From contig JBGAGQ010000001.1 of assembly GCA_044226625.1 (NCBI GenBank), forward strand, positions 160,001 to 224,000: a stretch of DNA of 64,000 nt, read 5' to 3'. Each line of letters begins with the position of its first letter. The stretch's first letter is position 1. Under the pieces are notes generated by a model. It ran no database searches, was not told the DNA's origin, and saw only the letters and a list, made by a program, of their open reading frames with translations. This DNA comes from Thermoanaerobaculia bacterium (GTDB lineage: Bacteria > Acidobacteriota > Thermoanaerobaculia > Multivoradales > UBA5704). Both the position numbers and the translations under genes were made by a program. Shown in pieces: positions 28,924-39,850 of the stretch.

Positions 28924-31331
28924 GGCTTCGGCGTCTCCCCGGATCCCTGGCGCATGGGGTTCGGCTTCTCGTCCGGCTTGAACAGCTGGAAGCGCGTCTT
29001 GCCCGGCCGCGCCGGCCAGCCGTTGTTCGAGAGGTTGGAGTCCGCCGTCTCGAGCCGCGGATCGATCTCGATGCCGGTGATCTCCTGGTCCTCGATGAAC
29101 AGCTTGGTCACCCGCTCCGCGTTGTAGCGCCAGATCTCGGCTGGAAGGGTGAGGTCACGGTGCGAGCCGTCGGCGTAGCTGATGCGCAACGGGAGGGGTG
29201 TCACGAGACCTCCGCGATTGACGAAATCGACCGTGAAGAAACGCTTCTTCGAGGCGAGCACCGATTTCTCCGACGCGTCCAGCGAAGCGAGGAGCTTTTG
29301 GTAGTCCGCCGAATCCTTCGGCGTCACGCGATACTCGTCGAGCTGGTTGTAGAAGTCGGAGAGCTCCGGCCGCGCCTCGATCCGCTTCGGCTGCGCCGCG
29401 TTGCGCTCGGCCGAGAGCGTCTTCGGCTCGGCGTCGTCGTACGCCTTTTGGCGCAGCTTCGCCCCCTCCGGCTCGCCGGAATCGAGCACGTATTCGCGCA
29501 CGTTTTCGACCCCGACGTCGACGTGGCCGGTGCCGTAGAACCAGCCGCGCCAGAACCAGTCGAGGTCGACGCCCGACGCGTCCTCCATGGTGCGGAAGAA
29601 GTCGGCCGGCGTCGGATGCTTGAACTTCCAGCGCCGCGCGTACTCGCGGAACGCGAAATCGAACAGCTCGCGGCCGAGGACGCTCTCGCGCAGGATGTTG
29701 AGCGCGGTCGCCGGCTTGCCGTAGGCGTTGCTGCCGAACTGGAGCACCGATTCGGAGTTGGTCATGATCGGCACCTGATCGGCCGAAACCATGTAGGAGA
29801 CGATGTCCTTCGGCTCGCCGCGGCGCGACGGGTAGTCCTTCTCCCACGACTGCTCGGCGAGGTATTGGAGGAAGGTGTTCAGCCCCTCGTCCATCCAGGT
29901 CCACTGCCGCTCGTCGGAGTTCACGATCATCGGGAAGTAGTTGTGGCCCACCTCGTGGATCACCACCGAGATCAGACCGTACTTGCTCCGTTTCCAGGTT
30001 TTTTCCTTGTCCGACGGCTCGCCCCAGTAGGTCTTGTCCTCGTAGGGGCGCGGCTGGTTGAAGCAGATCATCGGGTATTCCATGCCGCCGACCGGGCCGT
30101 TCACCGAGATCGCGACCGGATATGGGAAGTCGAAGGTGTATTTCGAATAGCTCTCGATCGTGTGCGCGACCGCCTCGGTCGAATACCGGCTCCAGAGCGG
30201 ATCTCCTTCGTTCGGAAAGAACGACATCGCGAGCACCCGCTTCGGTCCGCTCTGGACCCCCATCGCATCCCAGATGAACTTGCGCGAGCTGGCGAACGCG
30301 ACGTCCCGGACGTCTTCGGCATGGAAGCGCCACACCCTGCGCCCGGGCGCCTTCACGTAGGTCCGGCGCTCGCGAGCGGCGGCCTCCTCCGGCGTGATCA
30401 CGTAGACCGGCTTGTCGCTTTTCGCGGCGCGCGCGAGCCGTTCGCGCTCCTCGACCGAGAGCACCTCCCCCGGGTTCTGGAGCAGGCCGGTGGCCGCGAC
30501 CACGTGATCTTCCGGCACGTCGATCGAGAGGTCGTAGTCGCCCAGATCGAGCGTGAACTCGCCGGAGCCGAGGTACTGCTTGTGCTGCCACCCTTGGTAG
30601 TCGAGGTAGGCGGCCATCCGCGGATAGAACTGGGCGATCTCGTAGATCGCGTTGCCGTCCTCAAACGCCTCGTAGCCGGTGCGCGCGCGGATCTTCGTGC
30701 CGTCGATGACGTTGAAGGCAAAAGCCACCCGAAAGACGAACGTCCCTCCGGGCAAAAGCGGGGTCGGCAGGTCGATCCGCATCATCGTCTTGACCGGGGT
30801 CGCGCGGAGCGGCGTCCCCTTGTCGTCGGTCACCGACGCGATCTCGAATCCACCCTGAAAGCTGTTCATCTCCAGCCGCTGCGCGAGGTCGTCGTAGCCG
30901 ATCTCGTCCCAGGTCGACGGCGCGGCCTGGGTGACCACGCTGTCGCTGTCCGGGCGGAAACGATTCTGGTCGAGCTGCAACCATAGGTAGGACAGCGTGT
31001 GCGGCGAGCGGTTGCGGTAGGTGATCCGCTCCTTACCCTCGATCCGGCGCTTCGCGTCGTCGAGGCGGACGTCGATCTGGTAGTCGGCCTGCTGCTGCCA
31101 GTACTGGGGGCCCGGGGCGCCCGAGGCGAGACGCGTCTCGGTGGGGGTCGGCAGCAGCCATTCGAGCTGCGCGAACGCCTCGGCGCCGGTGCCCGCCCCG
31201 GGGGTCGCCGGTTCAGGAGACTTGCTCGGCAGCGGCTGCGCGCCCGCCGAGAGAGCGAACGCGGCGCCGATCGACGCGGCAAAGAGAACGACACGGCGGA
31301 CGAAGGAGATCGGGCGCGGACGGCTGGGCAT
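28920..31331 (-). CDS. Secreted M1 family aminopeptidase
   Basis: GGMEYP, HEVGH...WMDEG, YWQQxADY. Confidence 0.92.
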   Translation of the reverse strand: MPSRPRPISFVRRVVLFAASIGAAFALSAGAQPLPSKSPEPATPGAGTGAEAFAQLEWLLPTPTETRLASGAPGPQYWQQQADYQIDVRLDDAKRRIEGKERITYRNRSPHTLSYLWLQLDQNRFRPDSDSVVTQAAPSTWDEIGYDDLAQRLEMNSFQGGFEIASVTDDKGTPLRATPVKTMMRIDLPTPLLPGGTFVFRVAFAFNVIDGTKIRARTGYEAFEDGNAIYEIAQFYPRMAAYLDYQGWQHKQYLGSGEFTLDLGDYDLSIDVPEDHVVAATGLLQNPGEVLSVEERERLARAAKSDKPVYVITPEEAAARERRTYVKAPGRRVWRFHAEDVRDVAFASSRKFIWDAMGVQSGPKRVLAMSFFPNEGDPLWSRYSTEAVAHTIESYSKYTFDFPYPVAISVNGPVGGMEYPMICFNQPRPYEDKTYWGEPSDKEKTWKRSKYGLISVVIHEVGHNYFPMIVNSDERQWTWMDEGLNTFLQYLAEQSWEKDYPSRRGEPKDIVSYMVSADQVPIMTNSESVLQFGSNAYGKPATALNILRESVLGRELFDFAFREYARRWKFKHPTPADFFRTMEDASGVDLDWFWRGWFYGTGHVDVGVENVREYVLDSGEPEGAKLRQKAYDDAEPKTLSAERNAAQPKRIEARPELSDFYNQLDEYRVTPKDSADYQKLLASLDASEKSVLASKKRFFTVDFVNRGGLVTPLPLRISYADGSHRDLTLPAEIWRYNAERVTKLFIEDQEITGIEIDPRLETADSNLSNNGWPARPGKTRFQLFKPDEKPNPMRQGSGETPKP

Positions 31332-31512
31332 GGTTCGAGCCTCTCGAGAGAAGGGACGATCGAGGATACGGAACCCGAGCGCGGGAGTTTAGCGCGGGAC
31401 GGCCCACCCCTCCGTCGCCTTGGGACGAAGGCCTTGGGCGCCCCGCTCGCTACCGCAGGCGGCGTGCCTGCCTCCGCCCCTACGTTCGCGTCGAGCCGGA
31501 TCGAAGCGATTT

Positions 31513-33087
31513 CTAGGTCGATTCGACGCCGGGCTCCGCCGGCATCGGCATGTCGTCTTCGGCCTTCGCACGGCGGCGTCGGAACGGCGCCGCGATCCGT
31601 CGCGTGAGCAGGTCGATCTCGGCGTACAACCAGAGCTTCAAACCGCGCGCGACCATCTTGAAGGGCGCGTAGCCCAGCTCGAACCGGGCGACCAGCCGGC
31701 GGCCGTCGTTCCGTTCGCCAGCCACGCCGAGCGCCCGCCGCCCCTCGGCGATCGCCTTGAACCGCCGGTTGTAGAGGTGGAGCATCCAGTAGCTGAGGAA
31801 CGCCTCCCGCGGCCCGAGGACCGGCATCCAATGGAAACGCTTGAGGATCCGATACGCGGGCATGACCAGGAAGATGAAGTACTGGCCGGTGTCGATCAAC
31901 ATCGCGGCCGAGGCGAGGTCGAACTCGCCCATGTAGTAGTACTTGTCGCGATAGATCGACTCGAAGAAGCGGCGATAGGAGCGGAGGAACGTCTCGTTGT
32001 GCACGGCGATCCGCGCGGACACGTCCTCGCCCGCGGTCTCGGCGAGCACGATCGCCACCGTCGCCTCGACGGTGAACGCCACGTGATCGAGCCCCGGCGA
32101 GTAGAACGGATCGAGGAAGGCCGCCGCGTCGCCGAGCAGGGCCCAGCCGGGTCCCATGTACTGGCGGCTGACGTAGGCGAGGTGCGAGTAGGACCGAAGG
32201 TCGTCCTCGCGCATGCGCGCCCCCTCGAGCAGCTCGGCGAGCGCCGGGATGCTCCGAAGATGCGCTTCGTACGAGGCCGCGCGCTTGCTGCCCGAGATGT
32301 CGAGCGAGAGGAGCCGCCGGTCGTAGACGACGCCGATCGAGGTCTCGCCGTTGCCGAGCGGGATCACCCAGACCCAATAGCCGCGCCCGAGGTAGTGATT
32401 CGTCGCGAGGCGGCGGGTGCAGACGTTGCCGGCCGCAAGCGCCCCGTCGGCCCGCGACGCGAGTTCGTCGATGTGGCGCAGATTCTCCCAGCGCGCCCAG
32501 ACCGCGCTGGTCGGATGCGCCTCGTTTCGCTCGACGAGCTGGAGCTGCTTGCCGAGGATGGTGGCGCGCCCCGAGGCGTCGAGCACCCAACGGCAGGCGA
32601 TCGTGGTGCGGCCGGAATCGGTGTCCACGGTCACCCGATGGTCGTATTCGCCCACTTCGACCCCGGCTACGCGCGCCGGCCGCAACAGCTGGGCTCCCTC
32701 CGCCACCGCCGTCGCGAGCACGTGCTCGTCGAGCTCGTCGCGACGCAGCTGAAAGGTCGGCACGGCGGTCTGCTGGTGCGGCCCGGTCTCGCTCGCCTCG
32801 GCGTGGCCGTGGACGCGGGAGTTGCCGAACCAGAAACGCAGCCCCTCCTTGCGCAACTGCTTCCGCTCCAGGTGCTGCCACAACGCGAGCCGACGGGTGA
32901 GGAACATGGCCGACATCTCGGTCGTCGCCTCGCCCACCTTGGCGTCGAACTTCGCCGCCTTTTCGATCACCAGGACCTCGAGCTCGGGCCGCTCGCGCTT
33001 GAGCAGCAGGGCCGCGGCGCCGCCGCTGATCGCGCCCCCCAGGATCACCACGTCGACCCGCCGTTCGCTCGTCGTCTCCGGCTTCAT
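31513..33087 (-). CDS. Flavin-dependent halogenase-like FAD oxidoreductase
   Basis: GGAISG, KVGEA, DASGR, WVWVIP, GDAAAFLDPFYSPG. Confidence 0.8.
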   Translation of the reverse strand: MKPETTSERRVDVVILGGAISGGAAALLLKRERPELEVLVIEKAAKFDAKVGEATTEMSAMFLTRRLALWQHLERKQLRKEGLRFWFGNSRVHGHAEASETGPHQQTAVPTFQLRRDELDEHVLATAVAEGAQLLRPARVAGVEVGEYDHRVTVDTDSGRTTIACRWVLDASGRATILGKQLQLVERNEAHPTSAVWARWENLRHIDELASRADGALAAGNVCTRRLATNHYLGRGYWVWVIPLGNGETSIGVVYDRRLLSLDISGSKRAASYEAHLRSIPALAELLEGARMREDDLRSYSHLAYVSRQYMGPGWALLGDAAAFLDPFYSPGLDHVAFTVEATVAIVLAETAGEDVSARIAVHNETFLRSYRRFFESIYRDKYYYMGEFDLASAAMLIDTGQYFIFLVMPAYRILKRFHWMPVLGPREAFLSYWMLHLYNRRFKAIAEGRRALGVAGERNDGRRLVARFELGYAPFKMVARGLKLWLYAEIDLLTRRIAAPFRRRRAKAEDDMPMPAEPGVEST

Positions 33088-33358
33088 CTCTCGGGCTCCT
33101 CGCGTCTCATCCCGGCCATCATAAACCCTGGGGCCGCCGGCACGTAGTTCGGTTCAGCGCGGTGGTTAGGCCCCCCTGCATCGCGCTCTTCGATTGGATC
33201 GTGCCCGTCGCGCCCACCCCAGCGCCGAGCCGATCCAAAATTGACCCAGTACTACATCGCGGATCGCCTCGGGCCTCGGCGCGCACCTAGCTAAGGAGAC
33301 GGCGTCGAATCTGACATCCAGCCTGCCGTTCGGCACATCTTATTTGGGAGGTCGCAGT

Positions 33359-33700
33359 GTGGACGCGGACCGAAGAAGGTTTCCCCGTTACGCGGTCGCG
33401 GGGTTGAAGGGTGGCTTGACCGCGCGAAGCGAATTCGTGGTGCTGCAACTCTCGCGCGGCGGCATGCTGATCGCCACCGATTTCGAGCCCCGCCTCGGCC
33501 AAGGGCTCGATCTCGACCTATCGTTTCACGGCTCAAAGTTTCGCCCCGGCGGCAAGGTGATCTTCGTCGGCGAAGACGTCCGAGCCCCGAAAGCTCGCCG
33601 CTTCCGGGTCGGCGTCGCCTTCGAAGGGCTGCCCCCCGAGCAGGAACGAACCCTCTCCGAGTTCATCGAAGAGGAGCTCGAAGGGGTGACGGGGGGCTAG
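33359..33700 (+). CDS. Stand-alone PilZ domain protein
   Basis: RRRFPR, QLSRGG, VGVAF. Confidence 0.75.
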   Translation: MDADRRRFPRYAVAGLKGGLTARSEFVVLQLSRGGMLIATDFEPRLGQGLDLDLSFHGSKFRPGGKVIFVGEDVRAPKARRFRVGVAFEGLPPEQERTLSEFIEEELEGVTGG

Positions 33701-33704
33701 AGGG

Positions 33705-34298
33705 TCAGGGGGACGGTCGAACGTCGGTCAGCGTCTTGAACAGGCGCTCGCAGTGAGGGGCTCGTTTGCGAACTCTGGCAGGGTCGATCCTGCCGAGCAG
33801 GTCGGCCGCGTGCCGAATCTTGTGGTACTCGCCCTTCTGGGTCTTCTCCGTCGCGCGCTTCAACGAGCGCTCCACATCGGACTTCGGAATCTCCTCAACG
33901 TTCTCGCGACCGGGCAGCCCGCCGACGCCAAAGTGCTGACCGTAATAGGCAGAAAGCGCTGCCGGATCGGCAAGAAACCACGATTCCATCAACTGGACCA
34001 TGAGGTGACATCGCTCCTCGGTGCCGAGCGGCAGGTCCCAAGTCCCACGGAGGTGCTTCCACGGCGTCGTGTCACCGGTCACGGGCCCCTCCGAATCGAC
34101 TAGAAGGAGATTCACCGCGTCCGAGTGGGAATCGAGCGCGAGCTTCCAATCTTTATACGCCTTGTCCCGTCGGCCGCAGGCGACGACCTGAACCGATACC
34201 CCCGCGTTATGGAACAACTGGCGAAAACCTCTTCGCAGGGCTTCCTTCGAGTCGCGGCTGTCGCCGCCCCCCTCCACGTAGATCCTGACTTCCGTCAC
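33705..34298 (-). CDS. DUF4276 family (TOPRIM-like) protein
   Basis: IYVEGGG, LLVDSE, MESWFLAD, Y.K..H. Confidence 0.8.
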   Translation of the reverse strand: MTEVRIYVEGGGDSRDSKEALRRGFRQLFHNAGVSVQVVACGRRDKAYKDWKLALDSHSDAVNLLLVDSEGPVTGDTTPWKHLRGTWDLPLGTEERCHLMVQLMESWFLADPAALSAYYGQHFGVGGLPGRENVEEIPKSDVERSLKRATEKTQKGEYHKIRHAADLLGRIDPARVRKRAPHCERLFKTLTDVRPSP

Positions 34299-35476
34299 CA
34301 CCGGTTCCCGCCCAGCTCGCCCATCCGCCAAAGATCGCCTAGCCGGTACTCCTCCAGCCATTTCGCCAACCTCGCCGGTTCCAGGCGTCGGAGCGTCGTC
34401 CCCTGTTCTCCCCTCTCGGCGACCACGACGGCCTCAGGAACCTCGGACAGGCCGGCGATCAGCGCGTCGGAGTGCGTCGTCACGATCAATTGAGTCCGCT
34501 GAGATGCCTCGATCAACAACTCGCCAAGGGCGGACACCGCGTCGGGGTGAAGGCCGAGCTCCGGCTCCTCGATGCAGACGAGAGGTGGCGGCTTCGGGTG
34601 GAGAAGGATCGCCAGCAGGCAGAGGAAATGAAGCGTCCCATCGGAGAGCCGGGCGGCCGGCACGGCCGACCGGAGTCCCTTTTCGTGCAGGGTCACTTCG
34701 ATGAATCCGACCCGCACGTTCAGGGAGATGTCCTCGACCCACTCGTGGACCAACCGAAGCCTCTCCAGCGCGGCAGCGCGCAGGCCCGGCCGCCCGATCA
34801 AATCGCTCAGCGCGAGTCCGAAGTTGCTGCCATCTTCGAGCAAGAAGCCGCTCGGAAGATCAGCGCGCTGCGCCTGGTGGAGCTTGTTTCCAGCCGTCCA
34901 GGCGCCGAAGAACGAAATTTCCTGGAGCCGATCTCCGAGCAGCGTCAGATACCCGTACGCGACGGGATCGCGAACCTGCGAGAAGACCGACTCGTCCTCC
35001 TTCATTTCGATGTCGACCTTCTTGCCAGCGTCCTCCCGGAGGACCACCGCCGTGCGGCCGAGGCGTCGAACGATCGGGTTGGGGTCGGGATGGTCGAGAG
35101 TCGGCGTATCGCCAAGCCGCTCTTCGTCGACCTTCAGCCACTCGCTTACCGGTGTTCTCTCGGCATGAAATCGGATGAGGTAGGACAGCGGAGGATCGAC
35201 TACCGATCGGTCGAAATCCACGGCTAGCCCGGCGGGCGCTTCCCCGCCCCCCTTCCACATCCACTCCCCGATTCCGCTGTTGTCCCGGCGCGGAGGGCTC
35301 TTGATGTCCCGCGGCGCCGCCTGCAATAGCCGCAGCGCCTGGATCAAATTGCTCTTGCCCGTGGCGTTCGCGCCGATCAGGACGTTCAACGGCTCCAGCT
35401 CGAGCTTCACCCCCTCCGGCCCGTAGGAGAGGAGGTTTCTGAGCTCGATCGAGCGGAGAAACCGCTTGCCGTCCAT
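34295..35476 (-). CDS. AAA_21/AAA_15 ABC-type ATPase
   Basis: GANATGKSN, LSDGT, IEEPELGLHP, TTHS. Confidence 0.9.
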   Translation of the reverse strand: MDGKRFLRSIELRNLLSYGPEGVKLELEPLNVLIGANATGKSNLIQALRLLQAAPRDIKSPPRRDNSGIGEWMWKGGGEAPAGLAVDFDRSVVDPPLSYLIRFHAERTPVSEWLKVDEERLGDTPTLDHPDPNPIVRRLGRTAVVLREDAGKKVDIEMKEDESVFSQVRDPVAYGYLTLLGDRLQEISFFGAWTAGNKLHQAQRADLPSGFLLEDGSNFGLALSDLIGRPGLRAAALERLRLVHEWVEDISLNVRVGFIEVTLHEKGLRSAVPAARLSDGTLHFLCLLAILLHPKPPPLVCIEEPELGLHPDAVSALGELLIEASQRTQLIVTTHSDALIAGLSEVPEAVVVAERGEQGTTLRRLEPARLAKWLEEYRLGDLWRMGELGGNRW

Positions 35477-35482
35477 CCGGCG

Positions 35483-37906
35483 CTACAGCTCCGGCCAGCG
35501 GCGCGGATCGCTTTCGTGGGCGATCGCGTAGACGGCGTCGAAGATCGACTCCTTGTTCGGCTTGGACCAGTAGTCGCCGTCCGAGCCGTAGGCGGGGCGG
35601 TGGGCTTCGGCGGCGAGCGTCTTCGGGGCCGCGTCGAGCCAGGAGTAGCCCCCTTGCATCTCGAGGATCTGTTGGAGCATCGAGGCGGAAGCGCCGCCCG
35701 GGACGTCCTCGTCGACGCAAAGGAGGCGGTTGGTCTTCTTGAGCGATTCGACGATCCGCCCGTCGACGTCGAACGGCAGCAGGGTCTGGACGTCGATCAC
35801 CTCAGCCTCGACGCCGACCTTGGCGAGCGCTTCCGCCGCTTCGAGCGCGACGCGGCAGCAGGCGCCGTAGGTGACGACGGTGACGTCGCTCCCCTCCCGC
35901 AGCACCTCCGGCACCCCAAGCGGCACCGTGAAATCGCCCACGTTGGCGGGCAGGCGCTCTTTCAGCCGATAGCCGTTCAGCACCTCGACGACGATCGCCG
36001 GATCGTCGCCTTGAAGCAGCAGGTTGTACATGCCCGCGGCCTGGGTCATGTTGCGCGGCACGCAGACGTGAACGCCGCGGACCAGGTGGATGACGCCGGC
36101 CATCGGGGAGCCCGAATGCCAAATCCCCTCGAGGCGATGCCCGCGCGTGCGCACGATGACCGGCGCCGCCTGCTTACCCGCCGAGCGGTAGCGCAGCGTC
36201 GCGAGATCGTCCGAGATGATCTGCAGGGCATAGAGGATGTAATCGAGATACTGGATCTCCGCGATCGGCCGGATGCCGCGCATCGCGAGCCCGATCGCCT
36301 GGCCTAGGATGGTCGTCTCGCGGATGCCCGTATCCGCCACGCGCAGCTCGCCGAACTTCGCCTGAAGGCCCAAGAAGCCCTGGTTGACGTCGCCGAGCTG
36401 GCCGAGGTCCTCCCCCATCGCGACGAGCTCGGGATAACGGGCGAGGGCCGCGTCGAAGCAGGCGTTCAGAACCTCGAAACCGTTCACGTTCGGAGCGTCT
36501 TCGGCGTAACGGGGCGGGACGATCGGCCGCGCGAGCGGCGAGCGCGGCGTCTCGCTGAGCAGGTGCGAGCCGTAGAGATCGGCGTTCGCCGCCTCGAATC
36601 CGCGGCGCCACCCCGCGAGCCGCTCGGCCGCGGGACCACGGGCCGCGATTCCCGCGGTCGCCACGCGGGCGGAGTGCGCCGCGGCCGAGATGTCGCGGCG
36701 GAGCGCGGTCGCATGGCGGCGCAGCTCGTCGGCGATCTTCGTCACCTCTCCCGCCGACTCGCCGCCGCACTCCTGCGCGACCTCACCGAGCAGGCCGAGC
36801 ACGAACGATTTTTCGACCTCGATCGGCGCCCGGAAGTGGTCCCAGGCCCGCCGTTGCGCGTCGCGCACGGCGATTCTCTCTTCCTCATCGATCGCCGCGA
36901 GCTCCGACTCGCTCTCGAAGCCCTCCGCGACGATCCATTCGCGCATCCGCTTGATGCCGTCGAGCTCGACCTCCCAGGCCAGCCGCTCCTTCGACTTGTA
37001 GCGCTCATGGCTGCCGGAGGTCGAATGCCCCTGCGGCTGGGTGATCTCGACGACGTGGATCACCGCCGGGACGTGGTCGCGGCGGGCGACCTCGGCGGCC
37101 TTCCGATAGGTCTCGCACAGGGCCGGATAGTCCCATCCCTTGACGCGATAGAGGTCGAGCCCCTCGCGGGTCCCAGGCGCGCGGCGAAACCCTTCGAGCA
37201 ACGCCGACATATCCCCTTTGGCTACCTGAAGGTCGTTCGGCACCGAGATGCCGTAGCCGTCGTCCCAGACCGAGAGGATCATCGGCACGCGCAGCACGCA
37301 GGCGGCATTGATCGACTCCCAGACCATCCCCTCGGCGCAACTCGCGTTGCCGATCGTGCCCCAGGCGACCTCGCGCCCGCCGACCGAAAAGCCGGTGCGG
37401 TCGGCGAGCGCCGGAAGCTCGCGATAGAGCTTCGAGGCCTGCGCGAGCCCGACCAGCCGCGGCATCTGCGAGCCCGTGGGCGAGACGTCGGCAGAAGAGT
37501 TGAAGCGATCGGTCTGCGGCAACGGCTCGCCGTTCTCGTCGACCATCCAGGTGGCGAAGTGCGCGGTCATCGACCGTCCGGCCGAGCAGGGCTCGCGCTC
37601 GAGGTCCGGATCGGCATAGAGCTGGGCGAAGAACTGCTCGACCGTGAGCAGGTCGAGCGCCATCATCACGGTCTGGTCGCGGTAGTACCCCGAGCGGACG
37701 TCGCCCTTCTCGAACGCCCGCGCGAGCGCGAGCTGGGCGATCTCCTTGCCGTCGCCGAAAATGCCGAATTTCGCCTTGCCGGTCAGCACCTCGCGTCGTC
37801 CGAGCAGGCTCGTATGCCGGCTCCGGACGGCGATCCGGAAGTCGGCGATCGCCTGCTCGCGGGGGATCGCGGACGTAAGGCGTGGAGCGGGCTCGGCGAT
37901 CGACAT
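35483..37906 (-). CDS. Fused alpha/beta E1 component of a 2-oxoacid dehydrogenase (TPP-dependent)
   Basis: [39 protein letters not shown]. Confidence 0.9.
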   Translation of the reverse strand: MSIAEPAPRLTSAIPREQAIADFRIAVRSRHTSLLGRREVLTGKAKFGIFGDGKEIAQLALARAFEKGDVRSGYYRDQTVMMALDLLTVEQFFAQLYADPDLEREPCSAGRSMTAHFATWMVDENGEPLPQTDRFNSSADVSPTGSQMPRLVGLAQASKLYRELPALADRTGFSVGGREVAWGTIGNASCAEGMVWESINAACVLRVPMILSVWDDGYGISVPNDLQVAKGDMSALLEGFRRAPGTREGLDLYRVKGWDYPALCETYRKAAEVARRDHVPAVIHVVEITQPQGHSTSGSHERYKSKERLAWEVELDGIKRMREWIVAEGFESESELAAIDEEERIAVRDAQRRAWDHFRAPIEVEKSFVLGLLGEVAQECGGESAGEVTKIADELRRHATALRRDISAAAHSARVATAGIAARGPAAERLAGWRRGFEAANADLYGSHLLSETPRSPLARPIVPPRYAEDAPNVNGFEVLNACFDAALARYPELVAMGEDLGQLGDVNQGFLGLQAKFGELRVADTGIRETTILGQAIGLAMRGIRPIAEIQYLDYILYALQIISDDLATLRYRSAGKQAAPVIVRTRGHRLEGIWHSGSPMAGVIHLVRGVHVCVPRNMTQAAGMYNLLLQGDDPAIVVEVLNGYRLKERLPANVGDFTVPLGVPEVLREGSDVTVVTYGACCRVALEAAEALAKVGVEAEVIDVQTLLPFDVDGRIVESLKKTNRLLCVDEDVPGGASASMLQQILEMQGGYSWLDAAPKTLAAEAHRPAYGSDGDYWSKPNKESIFDAVYAIAHESDPRRWPEL

Positions 37907-38042
37907 CGTGACAATCCTCGGGCTTGATACGCCGGCCCCATGCCGGCAGGTTCGGACGAATGGACGGACCGGATCGAAATCGTAGCATGGGGTCCGGACC
38001 GGCCGAATTGGCGGGCGCCCGGCGATCTGCCAGAATTCCACG

Positions 38043-39716
38043 GTGCCGCCTGAAGAGCCCGCGCTGGACGTCGCCGAGGAGACGGCTCGAGCGGAGGACC
38101 GTCCCGGGAGCGATCCCCCGACGCCGCCGCGATCGGCCCCCGGCAGGACCCGGCGCCTCTCCCTCCTCGGAGTCCTCGCGTTCTTCGCCGTGCTCCTGGG
38201 CGTCGGATACCAGCAGGCCCGCCTCATCACCCAGCCCGAGGAGGTGCTGCTCGAGCTGGTCCCCGACGACGCCTTCTACTACCTCCAGATCGCTCGACAT
38301 TTCGCGGCCGGCGACGGCTCGACGTTCGACGGAGAGAACCGCGCGAGCGGCTACCACCCCGGCTGGATGGCGCTTCTCGTCCCCGTCGCCGCGGCGCAGC
38401 CCGCCTCGCCGTGGCTGCTGCGCTCGGCGCTCGCGCTCTCGTTCCTCTTCCACGCGGCGGCGGCGTTCGCGTCGATCGGTCTGATGCGGCGGTTCACTAC
38501 ACCGGGCCTCGCGATCGTCGGAGGGATCTGCTGGCTCCTGAACCCGTTCGCCCTCCTCCTCTCGCTCCAGGGGGTCGAGTCGGCGCTCTACGCGTTCGCC
38601 CTGGTCGTCCTGCTGCGCACCGCCGCGCGTTTCGTTGCGGCCGAAACCGCGTCGTCCCGACTCCACTTGGCCCTCGCCGGTGCGCTCGCTTTCTGCTTCT
38701 ACGCCCGCACCGAGGCGGGCATCCTCGCGGTCGTCACCTTCGTCGCGGCGCCCGCCCTCCGCGGGATGTCATGGCGCGAGATCCTTCGCTCGGCCTTTCG
38801 ACTCGGGCTCCTCTTCACCCTCCTGGTCCTCCCCTGGTTCCTGTTCTGCTGGATGGCGACCGGGTCGCCCTGGCAGAGCAGCGGAGCGGCCAAATGGCTT
38901 TGGGGGGATCGCGCGCTCGGCGATCTCGGCTTCGGCGCTCGGCTCGGCCATGCGCTGTCGTTCCTCGGTCTCGATTGGCTCCAATCCGCCTGGAGGATCA
39001 CCGCCGCCTCGCCGCTCGAGAAGCTCCATACCTTCACCTGGGCGGCGACCGTTCCGGCGCTCCTCGCCCTTTTCGCGATCGGCCGCGGCAAGGCGCACCG
39101 CCCGCTCCTCTTCGCCACGCTCTGGCTGCTCGCGGCGACCCTCGCCACGGGGCTGGTCTACGGGCTGTTCCACTCGGAATTCCAGATCTGGTACTACACC
39201 CAGCCCGCGCTGTTCCTGTTCCTCCTCACCTTCCTCTGGATCGCGCGACTGGCCGAGGAGCCGCGGCGCCTCCGTCGATTCCTGGGCGTCGCTCTCCCCG
39301 CCGTCTTGCTCGCGCTCTCCTTCGTCGAAGCCGGCCTGTTCTACCGCTTTCCCCGCTCGCTCTACCCCTGGCAGTTCCAGTTTCTGACCTCTCAGCACGA
39401 GTTCGAAAAGCTCGTCCCCGCGGGCGAGCCGATCGGCTGCTTCAACGCCGGCATCCCCGCCTTCTACAGCCGAGGCCGGGTGATCAACCTCGACGGGCTG
39501 GTGAACTCGACGGTCCTGCCCTACTACCGCGCCCGCCGCTTCGACCGCTACCTCCTCGACCACGGCATCCACTACATCGCCGACGTCCAGCCCGTCCTCG
39601 CACGGACGGCGAAATTCATGGAAAGCCCGCTCCGCCTCCACCCGATCGCGGCGGTCGAGCTGAAAGGGTGGTACGCGCCGTATCGGTTCCTCTGGCAGGT
39701 GGGGGCGGAGAGGTAG
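38043..39716 (+). CDS. Polytopic membrane protein, GT-C glycosyltransferase-like
   Basis: PDDAFYY..AR, GYHPGW, many TM helices, INLDGLVN. Confidence 0.7.
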   Translation: MPPEEPALDVAEETARAEDRPGSDPPTPPRSAPGRTRRLSLLGVLAFFAVLLGVGYQQARLITQPEEVLLELVPDDAFYYLQIARHFAAGDGSTFDGENRASGYHPGWMALLVPVAAAQPASPWLLRSALALSFLFHAAAAFASIGLMRRFTTPGLAIVGGICWLLNPFALLLSLQGVESALYAFALVVLLRTAARFVAAETASSRLHLALAGALAFCFYARTEAGILAVVTFVAAPALRGMSWREILRSAFRLGLLFTLLVLPWFLFCWMATGSPWQSSGAAKWLWGDRALGDLGFGARLGHALSFLGLDWLQSAWRITAASPLEKLHTFTWAATVPALLALFAIGRGKAHRPLLFATLWLLAATLATGLVYGLFHSEFQIWYYTQPALFLFLLTFLWIARLAEEPRRLRRFLGVALPAVLLALSFVEAGLFYRFPRSLYPWQFQFLTSQHEFEKLVPAGEPIGCFNAGIPAFYSRGRVINLDGLVNSTVLPYYRARRFDRYLLDHGIHYIADVQPVLARTAKFMESPLRLHPIAAVELKGWYAPYRFLWQVGAER

Positions 39717-39850
39717 AAGGCGTTGCTTTGCGCCGCGGGGGTCGCCGAGAACAGCTCGGCGGTTTCGGTTCCTTCCGCCGCTTCGATGCCGAGCTGGTGC
39801 TCGGCGGTCCCGGGATCGACGGCGTCGAACGGCCGACCGGAGACGAACCT

